Below the pieces are notes generated by a model, which searched no databases, was not told where the DNA came from, and saw nothing but the letters and a program-made list of their open reading frames with translations. The translations under genes and the position numbers were made by a program. From positions 309,070,001 through 309,134,000 of the forward strand of contig OZ024742.1 in NCBI GenBank assembly GCA_964016885.1: a DNA stretch of 64,000 bases. The letters run 5' to 3'. Shown one piece after another: positions 13,226-25,800 of the stretch; the stretch's first letter is position 1, and each line of letters opens with the position of its first letter. This DNA is from Eledone cirrhosa. Lineage: Eukaryota.

Positions 13226-14045
13226 TTGAATTATATATATTATGTCATATATATATATTTATATATACACACATTGAATTATATATATTATGTCATATAT
13301 ATATATATTTATATATACACACATTGAATTATATATATTATGTCATATATATATATATATATATAGGTGGTTTCCTGGTGTATATCAGGTGACCACAGTT
13401 AAAAAGGGTACTCAATACAAATAGGCAATGAGTATATGCCTCTTTATTTTATTCCAAAAATTACTTCTACAAGACTTGAACTGTTTCATTCAAAAGATAT
13501 CATGATGATTTCTAACAAATGAAACAGTTCTAGTCCTGTAAAAGTCATTTCTATAATATATCATGGCATTATATTTAGTATGTTAGAAATATATATACAC
13601 TTTGCATTATATATATAATTGTATATATGTATGTAGTTCTTAGATTGCAAATTTGTATGTCCAAAACCACTGAGTTCAGGAGTAGGAGCAGAGGAGGCAT
13701 AGTGAGATAGTAGGGAATTTCAGAAACAGGTTTTTAGGGAGTAAGGCAGAGGATCATGGAGGTGGGGCTACATTTCCACTCCACTGTTGACACCTATTCT
13801 TACCTTCACAATATATATATATATATATATATATTTAATATAGAAAAGGCTTCTACAGGACTAGAACTGTTTCATTCGGGAAAAATCATTTGTGGTTACC
13901 TCCAATTGAACCCGGGATAAACTTTTATATATATATATATACATACACACACACTCATATATATTGTCTTTGCTGTGCCTCAGTAAGGATTACTTAACTA
14001 AATCTATTACATTCATGCCATCAAATGACCTTGTTTACTGAATTG

Positions 14046-14097
14046 CATTATGGTCTGATGATGTAATCAATTAGCCACAGAAATACGTATTATGGTG
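14046..14097 (+). ncRNA. Degenerate minimal hammerhead motif in a probable Penelope-like 3' end (to ~14155, then (TA)n)
   Basis: CTGATGA-TGT...ACA-GAAA-tacgta-TT with palindromic AATACGTATT; stem I is imperfect (CATTAT/ATGGTG offset by 3 nt). Confidence 0.45.
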
Positions 14098-14264
14098 AGT
14101 TTTGTAACTATAAAAAAGTTATAGGAATCCAGCCTTCACATGTTTTACATTGAAATATATATATATATATATAACATGACATTTTACATACGTTAGTTGC
14201 TTGTTTGTTGTTGTTTTTTTTCCTTTTTCAGAGGGGTGGGTTAAGGTGATAGGTGCAGGGGGTG

Positions 14265-14277
14265 TTTATTTTTTATT
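14265..14277 (-). promoter_or_regulatory. Candidate polyadenylation signals (two AATAAA on minus strand) for the PP2C 3' UTR; another at 15220-15225
   Basis: TTTATT at 14265-14270 and 14272-14277 on +. The hexamer is common in AT-rich DNA, so support is weak. Confidence 0.3.
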
Positions 14278-14459
14278 ACATTTTATATCTTTTTATACAA
14301 AATTTCCACTGCACTATCCAAAGAAAAGCAGTTACATTCTGTAAGGTTTCAGCCATAAAATTTATCACTTTTACTTCTAACATCTTATGATGCCCATGTG
14401 CATGCACATACATGCATTCACACACATGCATACACAAACAAGCACCCACATACACAATT

Positions 14460-14678
14460 GAACTCTTAACCTTCTGTAATGATTCAGTGGAAAATATCTA
14501 AAAACAGGTTAGTTAATTCAAAAGATTATAGTATTTTTACTAGTGGACAGATTATGAACATTTTCAGAAAACTAGAAACTTCAATTCTTTTAATGTGATG
14601 CAGTCATTGTGTTGTTTTGTACTTTTAAATAATGTCTTTGTAATGTGGTTTCATGAGGTGCAGGACATTAAGAATTAA
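14460..14678. mobile_element. Dispersed ~220-bp repeat (inverted copy ~23937-24160; partial copies ~29970-30120 and 52590-52700)
   Basis: AACTCTTAAC ends and shared aggtt..ttaattcaaa.g.ttatagt blocks. Confidence 0.55.
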
Positions 14679-15318
14679 AGACAGAACAGTGGTATTTATT
14701 CTGGTTGTTAGGTAGGTGGGAAATGCAATGGAATCATCATTATTATTACTATTATTATCATCCTCATTGTTACTATTTTCAGAGATGGAATTGTGTGTTT
14801 ATGTTCATTTTGTTGTTGTTGTTTGTTTTTTTAAAGTTCTTTAAATAAAATATCTATAACCCTTTACTGGTTCCATTTTTTCAACTATGGCCAAGCTGGA
14901 GCATAGTCATTAATCATTTTTTAAATTTATTTTTCATTTTTCATTTTTCATTTTTCATTTTTCATTTTTCATGCCCCTGTATATTTAATCCATTGAAAGT
15001 CTGGTGATAATGTTGGTAATAGTAGTAGTAGTAGTAGTAGTAGTAGTAATAGTAGTGGTGGTATTGGTTTGTGGCAGTGGTAATGATGGAAGTGGTGGTG
15101 ATGTTAGTGGTTAATGGTAGTCATACTAGGGGTGGAGGGTGGCAGTTGGAGGTTTTGTGGAGGGTGATGAGGAGCAGAGCAGGACCAGTGGGGGAGAGAA
15201 ATGTCAACATTTGAATGTATTTATTAACAATGTCAACACAAAGAAAAAAACAACATTAACTTCAACATCAATGTTAACAACAACAACAACTACTATGCTA
15301 TAGGTGTGTCAGTTCTTA

Positions 15319-15522
15319 CTATTTTAAGTCTAAAGAATTTAAAGAGTTATCATTGTGAAGAGCACTTATAGTGTGAGCTACTGGTCGGCCACATTTCTTG
15401 GCCAATTCCTCATAGGAACCTCCATGTAGAAAGCAAACAAGAACAACAGTCATGTTGTCACAGCCAAGACCACCCATGTTACAGTCAGGAGCTAAGCAGG
15501 CTGTCATCAGTTCTTCACATAT
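15319..15522 (-). CDS. PP2C last coding exon: ICEELMTACLAPDCNMGGLGCDNMTVVLVCFLHGG...LNSLDLK*
   Basis: CLAPDxxMGGLGCDNMT motif (ppm-2/Ptc2-type PP2C); acceptor ttctgttttAG; TAG stop at 15319-15321; 204 bp, phase 0. Confidence 0.96.
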   Translation of the reverse strand: MCEELMTACLAPDCNMGGLGCDNMTVVLVCFLHGGSYEELAKKCGRPVAHTISALHNDNSLNSLDLK

Positions 15523-15601
15523 CTAAAACAGAAAAAAGTAAATGTACATATAAAAATGGGTGTGTTGTATGTGTATGTACATATATGTGTACATGTGTAT
15601 G

Positions 15602-15655
<54 letters not shown>

Positions 15656-15837
15656 TATAAAAATGAAAAAACTCATCGCTCTAAATACTGTCAAAAATGG
15701 CGATAGGCAAAAATGCCTTAGAAGAGAAAGACCAGCGGTCACTGGTCAACAGAGACAATCCACAAGATATATATATATCATCATTTTTACAGCTGTTTTT
15801 CCACACTTGCACAAGTCATATATATATATATATAGGT

Positions 15838-16014
15838 AGGTAAACTTCCGTTATAATGAATACCATTATAACAAATTTTTCAGTATAACAAAATTTTTTT
15901 CAATCCCTGGCCACACGCTTGACGTGTCAGGTCCATCTCATTATAAAGAATTTTTTGTTACAACGAATCTTTTTTTATAACCTGTGAATTTCGTTATAAG
16001 AAAATTTCACTGTA
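15838..16014. mobile_element. Tigger/pogo-like MITE
   Basis: Ends ...TTCGTTATAAGAAAATTTCACTG|TA; degenerate left TIR; internal GTTATAA repeats. Confidence 0.55.
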
Positions 16015-16790
16015 TGGTAAAATTTATGTGCATTTTTTCTTCAAACTTCTATTTTGTACCTAATTCCGTATAGTTAACTATTTGTCTAGTCAATTTCTAA
16101 AGGCTAGAAGAAATAATTAGGTAAGTGTCATATGGCTGTACATCGTGGAAAAGAATCTGTATCATTTGTCTATTATTTCTTCATAAGTACATTTTAAACT
16201 TATAGCCTCGTTCAAATGATTTTTTATGTGGTTGATTTATGCTGATTGGGAGAGGAAATACTGTATATATTTTATCTAATGATTCTTTGGACTTACATTT
16301 TTATACATATATATGTATTCATTTTATTAAGGCAAAATAGTGAATCTTATTACTCTGAAATTTTGCCTGTTTATCACAAGGTCATCAGACAAGACAGTGA
16401 CCCTGTAATAAATTTAGGAATATCCTACTTAACCCTTTGACACTAAGGAAGAAGAAATAACGACATACAATATAGTAGGAGTTCCTGAAAAATAATTTAC
16501 TGAAGACCACAAATAAGGCATGTGGCTAGAGCAGAGGCCCAGGTAGTGATTTGGTGGAGGGAACAATTAAGGCTAATACACACACACACACACACACATA
16601 CATACATAGAGATAAGTAAAACCCGACTGTGGTGCCAAGCGATTTCAGCTTATGTGTTCATCAAGCCTTTTCAAGCCAAAACGACTTGGCGCCATAGTCA
16701 GGATTTTACCAATCTCTATACCCACTCTGCATCTCCTCATGCATTGAGTACTCCCACGATCACCGAAGACTCTCTCTCTCATATATATAT

Positions 16791-16962
16791 AAAGTTTATC
16801 CCAGGTTCAATCAAGGGTAACCACAGTAAGTAAGGTACTCAATTCATTGCAGAGTATAAATATTTAATATAGAAATGGCTTCTACAGGATTAGAACTGTT
16901 TCATTCGGGAGAAATCTCCCAAACAAAACAGTTCTAGTCCTGTAGAAGCCATTTCTATATTA
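16791..16962 (-). mobile_element. Short, partially inverted Penelope-like terminal fragment (related copies at ~13365-13560 and ~13835-13925)
   Basis: Shared GAAACAGTTCTAGTCCTGTAGAAGCCATTTCTATA core occurs in both orientations; flanked by (TA)n; partial hammerhead core TGATGA-tttc....gaat-GAAA in family members. Confidence 0.5.
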
Positions 16963-17134
16963 TATTATATATATATATATTTGCGTGTGTCATCATCATC
17001 ATCATCGTTTAACGTCCATCTTCCACACTAGCATGGGTTATACATATATATATATATATAATATATACACACACAGAAATGTGGCTATAACACAATTCAA
17101 CGAAAAGATACAAAATATATTATGAAATACACAC

Positions 17135-17280
17135 CATTTCTGGTTGCATCTTTTGTGCAATACGAGCTCGTACAAATTTCACAACATCTTCATTTTCTAG
17201 GACATCCCAAATACCATCACACGCTAAAACTATAAATTCCCAATCTAGGTTGATATCTTTCTCAACAACATCCGGAAATG
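17135..17280 (-). CDS. PP2C exon: (A)FPDVVEKDINLDWEFIVLACDGIWDVLENEDVVKFVRARIAQKMQPEM
   Basis: LACDGIWDV motif; acceptor ttttttcAG, donor ATG|GTGTGT; 146 bp, phase 1-0. Confidence 0.96.
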
Positions 17281-17904
17281 CTGAAAAAATAGATATATTG
17301 CATGAGATTGGATTAAACAAAACAGTTGTACATATCAGATAATCATGGTCAGGCAATGAGAATGTCTTGGTTGCAGCTAGTGCAGATAGCATTGATTTGT
17401 CGAGTTAGCGTTATTGTATGGATCAGGTACATGGACCCTGACACAAGCACTTGAGAAGAAACAAGATGATGAATACACTAAAATACTTAGGGTTCTACAA
17501 AACATAAACTGGTGTTAACTTATTACAAATGAAAGTTTGTACAGACACTTGCCCAAGTGCTCAAAGACAGTTATGAATTGTAGCAAAAACAGGAAGTTAT
17601 ACACAAGCCACTATTGTGGAAACCAGCTCCCAAGAGACACAGTAGAGGAAGACCTGCTCGAACCTTCATTGGTCAACTCTCAGACGATACAAATCTCAGT
17701 AGGCAGCAGTTGCCAGGAACAAAGGAAAATCGTGAATTATGGAAAAACTTTGTCAGAAATATTCAACTGTGGATGTAATGAGGGTCAGTGGAAATGTCTT
17801 TGCTAGAGTTAGTTAGTAAGTGGCCTTATATCAAAGAAAAAATACAAAGTCCTTGTTCTTGACTAATATGCCATCATACAAATTACAGCTGTAACACGAA
17901 ATAT

Positions 17905-18190
17905 AAAAATATTTTATAGTGACTTGCTACAATATACATAATATATATTTTACACTGATTTGCTACACTATATATAATATACAACAGATATTTTATAATT
18001 ACTTGTTGCAATATATATAACATATAATACATATTTGATATTGACTTGCTACAATAAAAAATATAATGTATAATACATATTTTATAGTGACTAGGCTACA
18101 ATGTATATAATATACAACAGATATTTCATAATTACTTGCTAAAATATATATAACACACATTTTATATTAACTTGCTATAATATATATAAT
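17905..18190. repeat. Degenerate ~40-bp AT-rich tandem repeat
   Basis: Recurring atattttatagtgacttgctacaatata. Confidence 0.75.
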
Positions 18191-19771
18191 ATATCCCATG
18201 CTTGCAGGGAAAGCGAACCTTAAAACAATGATGACGATGATATTTTACAGTGACTTGCAACAATCATCATCATCACCATTTAACGTGTATTTTTCCATGC
18301 TTGCAAGCCGTCTGTGTTAAGAGACAAGTCTGGCCAGGACTGGCCACGCCATACTTTGCTCTAACAGGACTGTAAATTTGGCAAGGTTTTTACAACTGGA
18401 TGCCCTTCCTAACACCAGCCATATTTACAAGGTGGGACTGAATGGCACCATTATAAGGAGGGACAGGCCAGTCAGCCACGCCGAACCTTTCTCACAGCAA
18501 AACCATAGTTTGGGAACCGCACCTACAATTAAAGTGTGGAACTGGATGGTACCGCTATGAGGAGGGTGAGAGCAGTTGGCTGCGCCAAACCCTTCACACA
18601 GTGAAACTAGTTTGGGAGATTATATAATATATAATATATATTTTATAGTGATTTGTTACAACAAAATGAAAAGTAGAGACTAAAAGTAGTTAAAGTGTGC
18701 TTGATTTAATATATTTTCCTAACATTTTTAACCTTGCAAACCATTAACACCACAACAACACATTATATATTCAGTATCTCAGTTGATAAGATATTTCAGT
18801 TGTTTACAAAATTACTTCATCTGAAAGGAGGAAGAAAAACTCAGCAAACATTGGTGCTTGTCTTAGTACAGACTGGTGAGAAACGGTGCAATAACTTGAC
18901 TAGGTAGGTTTATCAGAGAAATCAATTAATGAATAGTTTATTGAGTAGAGGAGGCAATCATTAACAACAATATGGCTCAGAGTACAACAATTCAAAGATA
19001 ATTAACACAGATAAAAGTCCACCAAACAAAAGATACATTAGCGAAAAAGACTAGTCAACATGTGACTAAAAGCCTATGTAATATTCAGAACATATATAAA
19101 TAAACAGTTTAGCAAATAGACCAGCTTCAACAAGACCAGACTATACAACATATGATCTTGTAACAACTGGAATATATAGTTCAGGATATGGTACAGTTAA
19201 TTTGAGAACAAAATATAAATCTGATTGGAGAATTTAACCCTTTCATTACCATATCTCTAATGAAATACACTGAATTTCAATTAATTAATGAAGACTATTG
19301 AGGGTTTTATTAAAAGTACTATTTCTTTATTAAGGTGGCATTTGCAACATAAACATATAAACATTTGAATAAATAAACCCACTTTTAGATATGTTGTACT
19401 AAATCATTACAGGACATTAAGAGTTAAATAAAAATACTAATGTTGTAACCAAGTAATTTTTGCTCAGAGGAGAGTATCTTGACCTAAAGAAATATATAAT
19501 TCCAGATCACTCAGAAATATTTCCCACATTTTCTATATTCTAACACATGAAATAAAATTGAATCAATGAGAGAACCTCTATGTTGATGTTTGATCTCCGA
19601 ATTTCCCACAAATCACACACTGCCATCTTTAAAATGTTGAACGATTACTGCTGAAACATTTGCAATCCACTCAGTTATGCCTGACCTGAAGCTAAACAAC
19701 ATGAACTAGTTTCTATAGTTGAAAAATCATCAGTTATAAAATATTACAGTAGAAGAAATGAAAATACAAAC

Positions 19772-19855
19772 CTGTTACAATCTGTTCTTCTGGTTTTTTC
19801 TTATCATTTTTCTTGAAAACAAAATCTCCTAAAGCTCTTGACAGTGCCAAATTCC
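19772..19855 (-). CDS. PP2C exon: (G)[27 protein letters not shown](A)
   Basis: Read manually. [11 protein letters not shown] motif; acceptor ttttttAAG, donor CAG|GTTTGT; 84 bp, phase 1-1. Confidence 0.96.
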
Positions 19856-22800
19856 CTTAAAAAAATAAACAATAGAATTTTTTAAGAATAAAAAATACAT
19901 TTGTAATTTCAAATTTTTCTTTGAAATTATAATCATACATTTAGTTTTAAAAAAAGTAAGAGCTGTAAGGAATAACTTAAGGGCTGAAATAAAAAAAAAA
20001 ACAGTTTGTCATCTGAATTCCCGAGGGTTAAGATAAACAGCAGATATTGGTCTGAATTCCTGAACATGGCAAAATACAAGCCATACCACTAAAAGTCCAA
20101 TCATGAAATTACTGAGTACAACTAGATTATTATATTCTGATGTTGGTCATTCATCTATTACTACAGTATTAACATGCTTGTTGACTATCATCACACTTAG
20201 ACCTCACTTAGCTTATCAGATTCTGCAAGAATGAGTGCCACTTCAGTAACATTTAGAAAATGTAGTAAAGAAGTGAGAACAACAAATATGTCAAGCTAAG
20301 GCAAAAATAATAGTATTAGTAGACAGTATTATAGGGATATTGCAGTGAGACACAGCTAGATCGGACAGAATTATCAAGCTGAGACAACAACGCCCTGGGA
20401 TTAGTAGACAATATCATTGGGATATGTGAGTAAAATTTAGAGCTGGACTGGACAGAATGGACACTGAAACAACAACACTATAGGATTAGTAAACAGTATT
20501 ATAGTGATATGTTAGTGAAAAACAGCTGGATTGAACAGAATAGATAACCTAAGACAACTAGAACATGATGATAAATGGTTAAATATAAGAAAACTTTTTT
20601 TGTACATAATTTCACACTCAATGACTCAATAAGAAATGAAAGAATAAGGAATGGATAGATGGGTAATTTTTGAGAGTTAATCAGACAGGAGTGGTAGAAC
20701 ATTCAATCAGGAACAGTGATATGTGTCCACCATGGCTCTATTTTTGGGGAATTCTATATAGTGTCATTCAGTTCTCTGTAGAACTATGAAAACTATTTGA
20801 TACAGAGAAGAGTAGGTTTGATTCTTCAAGATAAACATGGTGAAAGTGAGCTAATATATTAGTAACTCAGACCATAGAGTTATGGCCTTTTACGATCTGA
20901 GTTCAAATCCCACCGAGGTTAGCTTTGGGTTTCATCTTTACGAGGTTGAAAAAATAAAGTACCAGTAATGCACTGAGGTTAATTTAATCGACTTTTCTCT
21001 CCCCCAAAATTACTGGCCTTATGCCTATAGTAGAAATCGTTATATTAGTAAGTAGCCATACAGAATACACAGGATAAAGACAGCTCCTTTCTTATATAAT
21101 GATCTTTCAGTTGCAGAGAAAGACAAATTAAACTGAAATATTCACTTTTAAGAACCAGGTATCTGATGAGGTTTGACATGTTCAGACCTCCTCAGTAGTT
21201 AGTTGTGTGTGAATGTGAGATAAAAATCAAACTAGAACACTCATGGCAATTGACAATTATGAGAATGACACTGTCACTCTTATTATTGGTAGTTTTAAAG
21301 AAATAGAAAAAAGAAAGGGGAAAATTTTAAAGAAACTTGATACAAACCAAATTAAAATAAGATTTTGTTTTTCTTGAAACTGGACATTTAATCCACATGT
21401 TATTTATTGAAAATAAAGGAATTATATTACAGAGGAAGATTATTAGAGAACAGTAGTAACACTATGAAGGTGATATACATTTAAGACTGTGAAAACAATA
21501 TGAAGGGAAGGAAGAAAGAAAGAAGAAAAAGAAGAAACTTAGTGTGCAGGTGTTTAATAATAAACATGACTCTACAAAAATACCATGATATCTGTTTCAA
21601 CACCCACTGGGTAAAGATTGCAGAAAATTAGAGTTGAAGTAAGAAGAGCCATTGCTACTTGTGCAGCGACCGTGACAAATGTCACAGAACTATTCCATTT
21701 CCTTCATCTCCTTAATATAAATTCTTAATAAAACAATCTTAGAGAATGGTGATTTAATTAGGAGATCAATCATTTCTTGACAATCATCAATTCAAAGCAT
21801 GCAAAACAAAAACAAAACAAAAGTCCATTTCAATCAATAATGATTTGTGTAAACTAGTCACATTACATTTCGTTTGAAAGGGTAATGGAGAAGAGAAGAG
21901 TTTATAATTGATTGTATCGGCCTCGTAACCTTGCTAGTTACTTATTTTATTACCCTACTTCATAGGATTACCAAAGTAAACTCTAGCGCGATTTCAACCT
22001 GAATCTAAGCAATACTAAATTAAGAGCAGCACTCATCATCATCATGATTTTGTGTTTCTTTTTCCCATGTTTGCATGGGTTAGACAGATTCTTTCCAGCA
22101 CCACCTCCCTCCACAGTCATCTCTATAAACATCAGTGTTTTGGGACTAGCTTTAACCATCTCTGCCCATGTTTTTCTTGGTCTTTCTCTATAATAGCTTC
22201 CTTTGACAGGGACTACGATACTGTTAGGAGGAAGATGGCAGTTACCCTCAAACCAAACCAGAAATATGGTCTGAATGCTTGCAACAGAGTGAATTCCATT
22301 ACCCCTTTAGCATTTACATTACTCTAGATATACTATTGTATTTTTGCAGTAAAGGCTTTATCTCACACAATATCGAATCTCTGATATTTTGATATTATTT
22401 ATTTTGAGAACAATACATTGATAACAGTGTAAATGGCCAGTTATGGCAGGTTTGAACAGAAAGAGGTTTAAAGAATTCTGGCCAGATATTGGCTGGTTGA
22501 AATGCTAAAAGGTTAAAGGTACAGAAGTACCAGGTGGGGTGTTAAACTGGATAATGGATGAAGTCTATGACTCTAGAACTAAGAATGCAAAGAGTTGAAA
22601 CCAGCACAGCAAAACATCTAGTCTGACACTATAATAATTTCATAACTCTACCACCCAAGACTAAATTCACAGGATTTTAACTGAGAGTGCAGCGAACTGG
22701 AACAAATACTGCCAATATGTTGTTTACATGTCAACAGACAACACATCTAGAATGTTTCTTTACAGAAGAACTTGTTAAGTATCAAGAAATTTGGTTGTCA

Positions 22801-25800
22801 TAAGAAGTAGAAATATCTAATGTTTTATGCTATGGCTTGGATTTGCTATTATCACCATTGTTGCAGATATATATCATCACAAACTCCTAGGATTCCTGAC
22901 TTTAACTTGTTTCTCTACAGTTTTGTTTCTGAAGAAGAAACAATGCCAGTAACTCTTTAGTCCTTCTACACTAAAGAAAGATAAAGAAATACAAGAAATA
23001 TTACAGAAATTACTAGTCAGCTGCTGTAGGTCATCTCCAGGCGAGATCTAGGAGACAGATTATCTGTTAATCTTCAAACAATCTAGTGTAGCTTTCCTTT
23101 TCTATTGGTGTTTAGCTCCAGGTCAACCCTGATCCAGGTCAGATCTCAGAGACAGATCATCATTTGTTCTTCAAACATAGCTAATCTAATTTAGCTTTCT
23201 TTTGCAATTGGTGTTTAGCCCCAGGTCAGCCCTGATCCAGAAGATCAATGATCAAAGATGTTCCAGCCATGGCCCACCCATATTTTATAAACCTTCTGGA
23301 CACTACAGGCAGATTATGTTGCTGGTAGAGTAATCTCTCCTTAATACATAATACAGTGTCAAGGAAAGTAATCCATAAAATTTTCTAGTATGCTAAATGT
23401 TAAGACAGTGCAGTTAGAACAATTTTCTTCTTGCTGTTGCTGTTTAGCCCCATGCTGACTGTAGTTGACTTGACTTAAGATCAATCCTGTTCCAGCTGCA
23501 ACTATCCCATAATTTATTCAGATATCTAGGACTTCATTATTCAATGTATTCTTTCTTTTTTATTTTAAGATAGTAAGTTGTTATTTGAGGGAAATTTGGC
23601 TGCTATTTCAAACATGTAGAGACGACCTTATTGGCCTATGGTAGTGGGAATTGTAGTTGTTGTAGATGTGCAGCCCCAGGTCAGACAATGTCTAGCAGAC
23701 CTAGCATCAAAGGAGTTATTGTGGAGACTAACTTATCCTTTTTTCAAATACAATGCATCTTTCCCTTTATAAGATGGTAGTGTATGGCTTGAGAGAGATT
23801 TAGCTGCTATTTTTAACAAGTCAACCAATTACACAGAGGATCTCTCATTGGCATCTAACCAATTAACCACATCTTCCTTAATGAATTAAAAATTATACCT
23901 TCGACAAAGTACACTATTGACCTCACTTCATTTTAGTTAACTCTTAACATCCTGTACCACATGAAACCACATTAGCAAGACATTCTCGACAAGTATAAAA
24001 CAGTACTATGACTGTATCACATTAAAAATTAAAGTCTTTACTCTAATATCAAACATTTTTACAATGATCTGTCTGCTACTAAAGATACTATAAACATTTG
24101 AATTAACAACCTGTTCTTAGATATTTTCTGCTAAACCATAAGAGGAGGTTAGGAATTAATAAACTCTTCAAATTAGGAGTCAATTTGAATAGAGTGGTGG
24201 ATGAGGCAGTGGGGTTTTAAATTAAATGCCAAGAGGTATTCAATGTCAGTCATCTCCTAGTTCTGAGTTCAAATCCTACACCAGGCTTGATTTTGCTTTC
24301 CATTCCTTCGTGATGTATACAGGACTATACAATACAATGTATGATGGCAAGGTGTGAGATGAGACAATCTGGATAATGTAGTCCTAGACACACAATGGAT
24401 CAGAGCTGACCTAGGGCCAGGAATAGTATGTATATGTGTAGTATGTCTACATGTGCCTGTGTGCAAATGTACATCCAAAAATAAACACAGAATAAAAATT
24501 AAAAAAATTGTATATTTTTGTGGAGATTGTAGCCGGTGTAATTTCTTCCTAATTGCTATAGAAAATTGAAGAAATATAAAAACAAACAAAAAATATCAAA
24601 TAATTATAATGAATGAATAAATAAATAAAAAGATTAAATAAACAAAATGAAAGAAAAAAGAACACAAAAAGAAAAACAAGAGAAGCAAGAGAAGCTGAGA
24701 GAGAAAAAAAAACAACTTTTTTCTATTTGTAAAGCCTGGCAGCCATCAGCTGCCTGTCTTGTCCAACAAATAACATGTTAGAAAGTACCAATAGTCGGAC
24801 GTGATAGATGGTTCATGAAGAAATGGTACCATAGCAACCAACTGTGAGAGAAACAGATTGTAGCTTTCAGCCTGTCTCTCACAGAAAACACAGCAAGTCG
24901 CTAGGATCAGTGAGAAGATACCAAACAAATACATACAGAATGCATGCTGCAATCAATAATACAATGTGGCATCTTGTTGGTGTTACTATCATAATCACTG
25001 TTATTGTTGATGTAGCTATTATTGTTATTATCAACATCAAATAACCAAAGAGAATCTATCAAATAGAATTGAAACTATCAATAATTTAGTGAAACATAAA
25101 ACGTCATCAGCTTCATTTGGGTGTATATGTGTGTGTGTGTGTGAATATCTATGTGTGTATGTATAAATATCATTACATATGAGTGTTTAAATGTGTGTGT
25201 GGGTTTATCGTGTAGATCACCAATACTAGGGAGGCTATCATATCTTTGACACAAAGAGTCAGTCCTTCTGACCCTTTGATTGGTTGGTTTTCTACAGCTG
25301 GATGTCCTTCCTATCACCAACCACCTCACAGAGTGTACTGAGTACATTTATCATGTAGATCACCAACAGCAGAGAGTTCATTATGTCGTTAACCCAACCG
25401 AAGAATGCTCTCAACCATTTTGGCATGGTTTATACAACAAAGTGCTCTTCCTATCCCCAACCACATTAATGCATTTGTTGTGTTGACATCAGTATACACA
25501 TGTATCTACATAAATATATAAGTATTTATATATAAATATATAAATATTTTGCCATGTGTTTAGAATTGGTACACCGTATCCCTATATTTAAAAGAGTTGA
25601 CACTAGGAAGGGCATCTGGTTGTAAAATATTGCCTCAAAAAGGACTGCTTTATTGGGGAGAATGGCATTAAAACATATGTCTCTAGGTTTTTAGAATAGA
25701 TACACCACATCCCTGCATGTTGTAAGTGGCTCCTAAAAGGGTTGGTGTCAAAAAAAGACATCTGGCTGTAAAACACTACCTCAAACATCCCTTTCAAACA

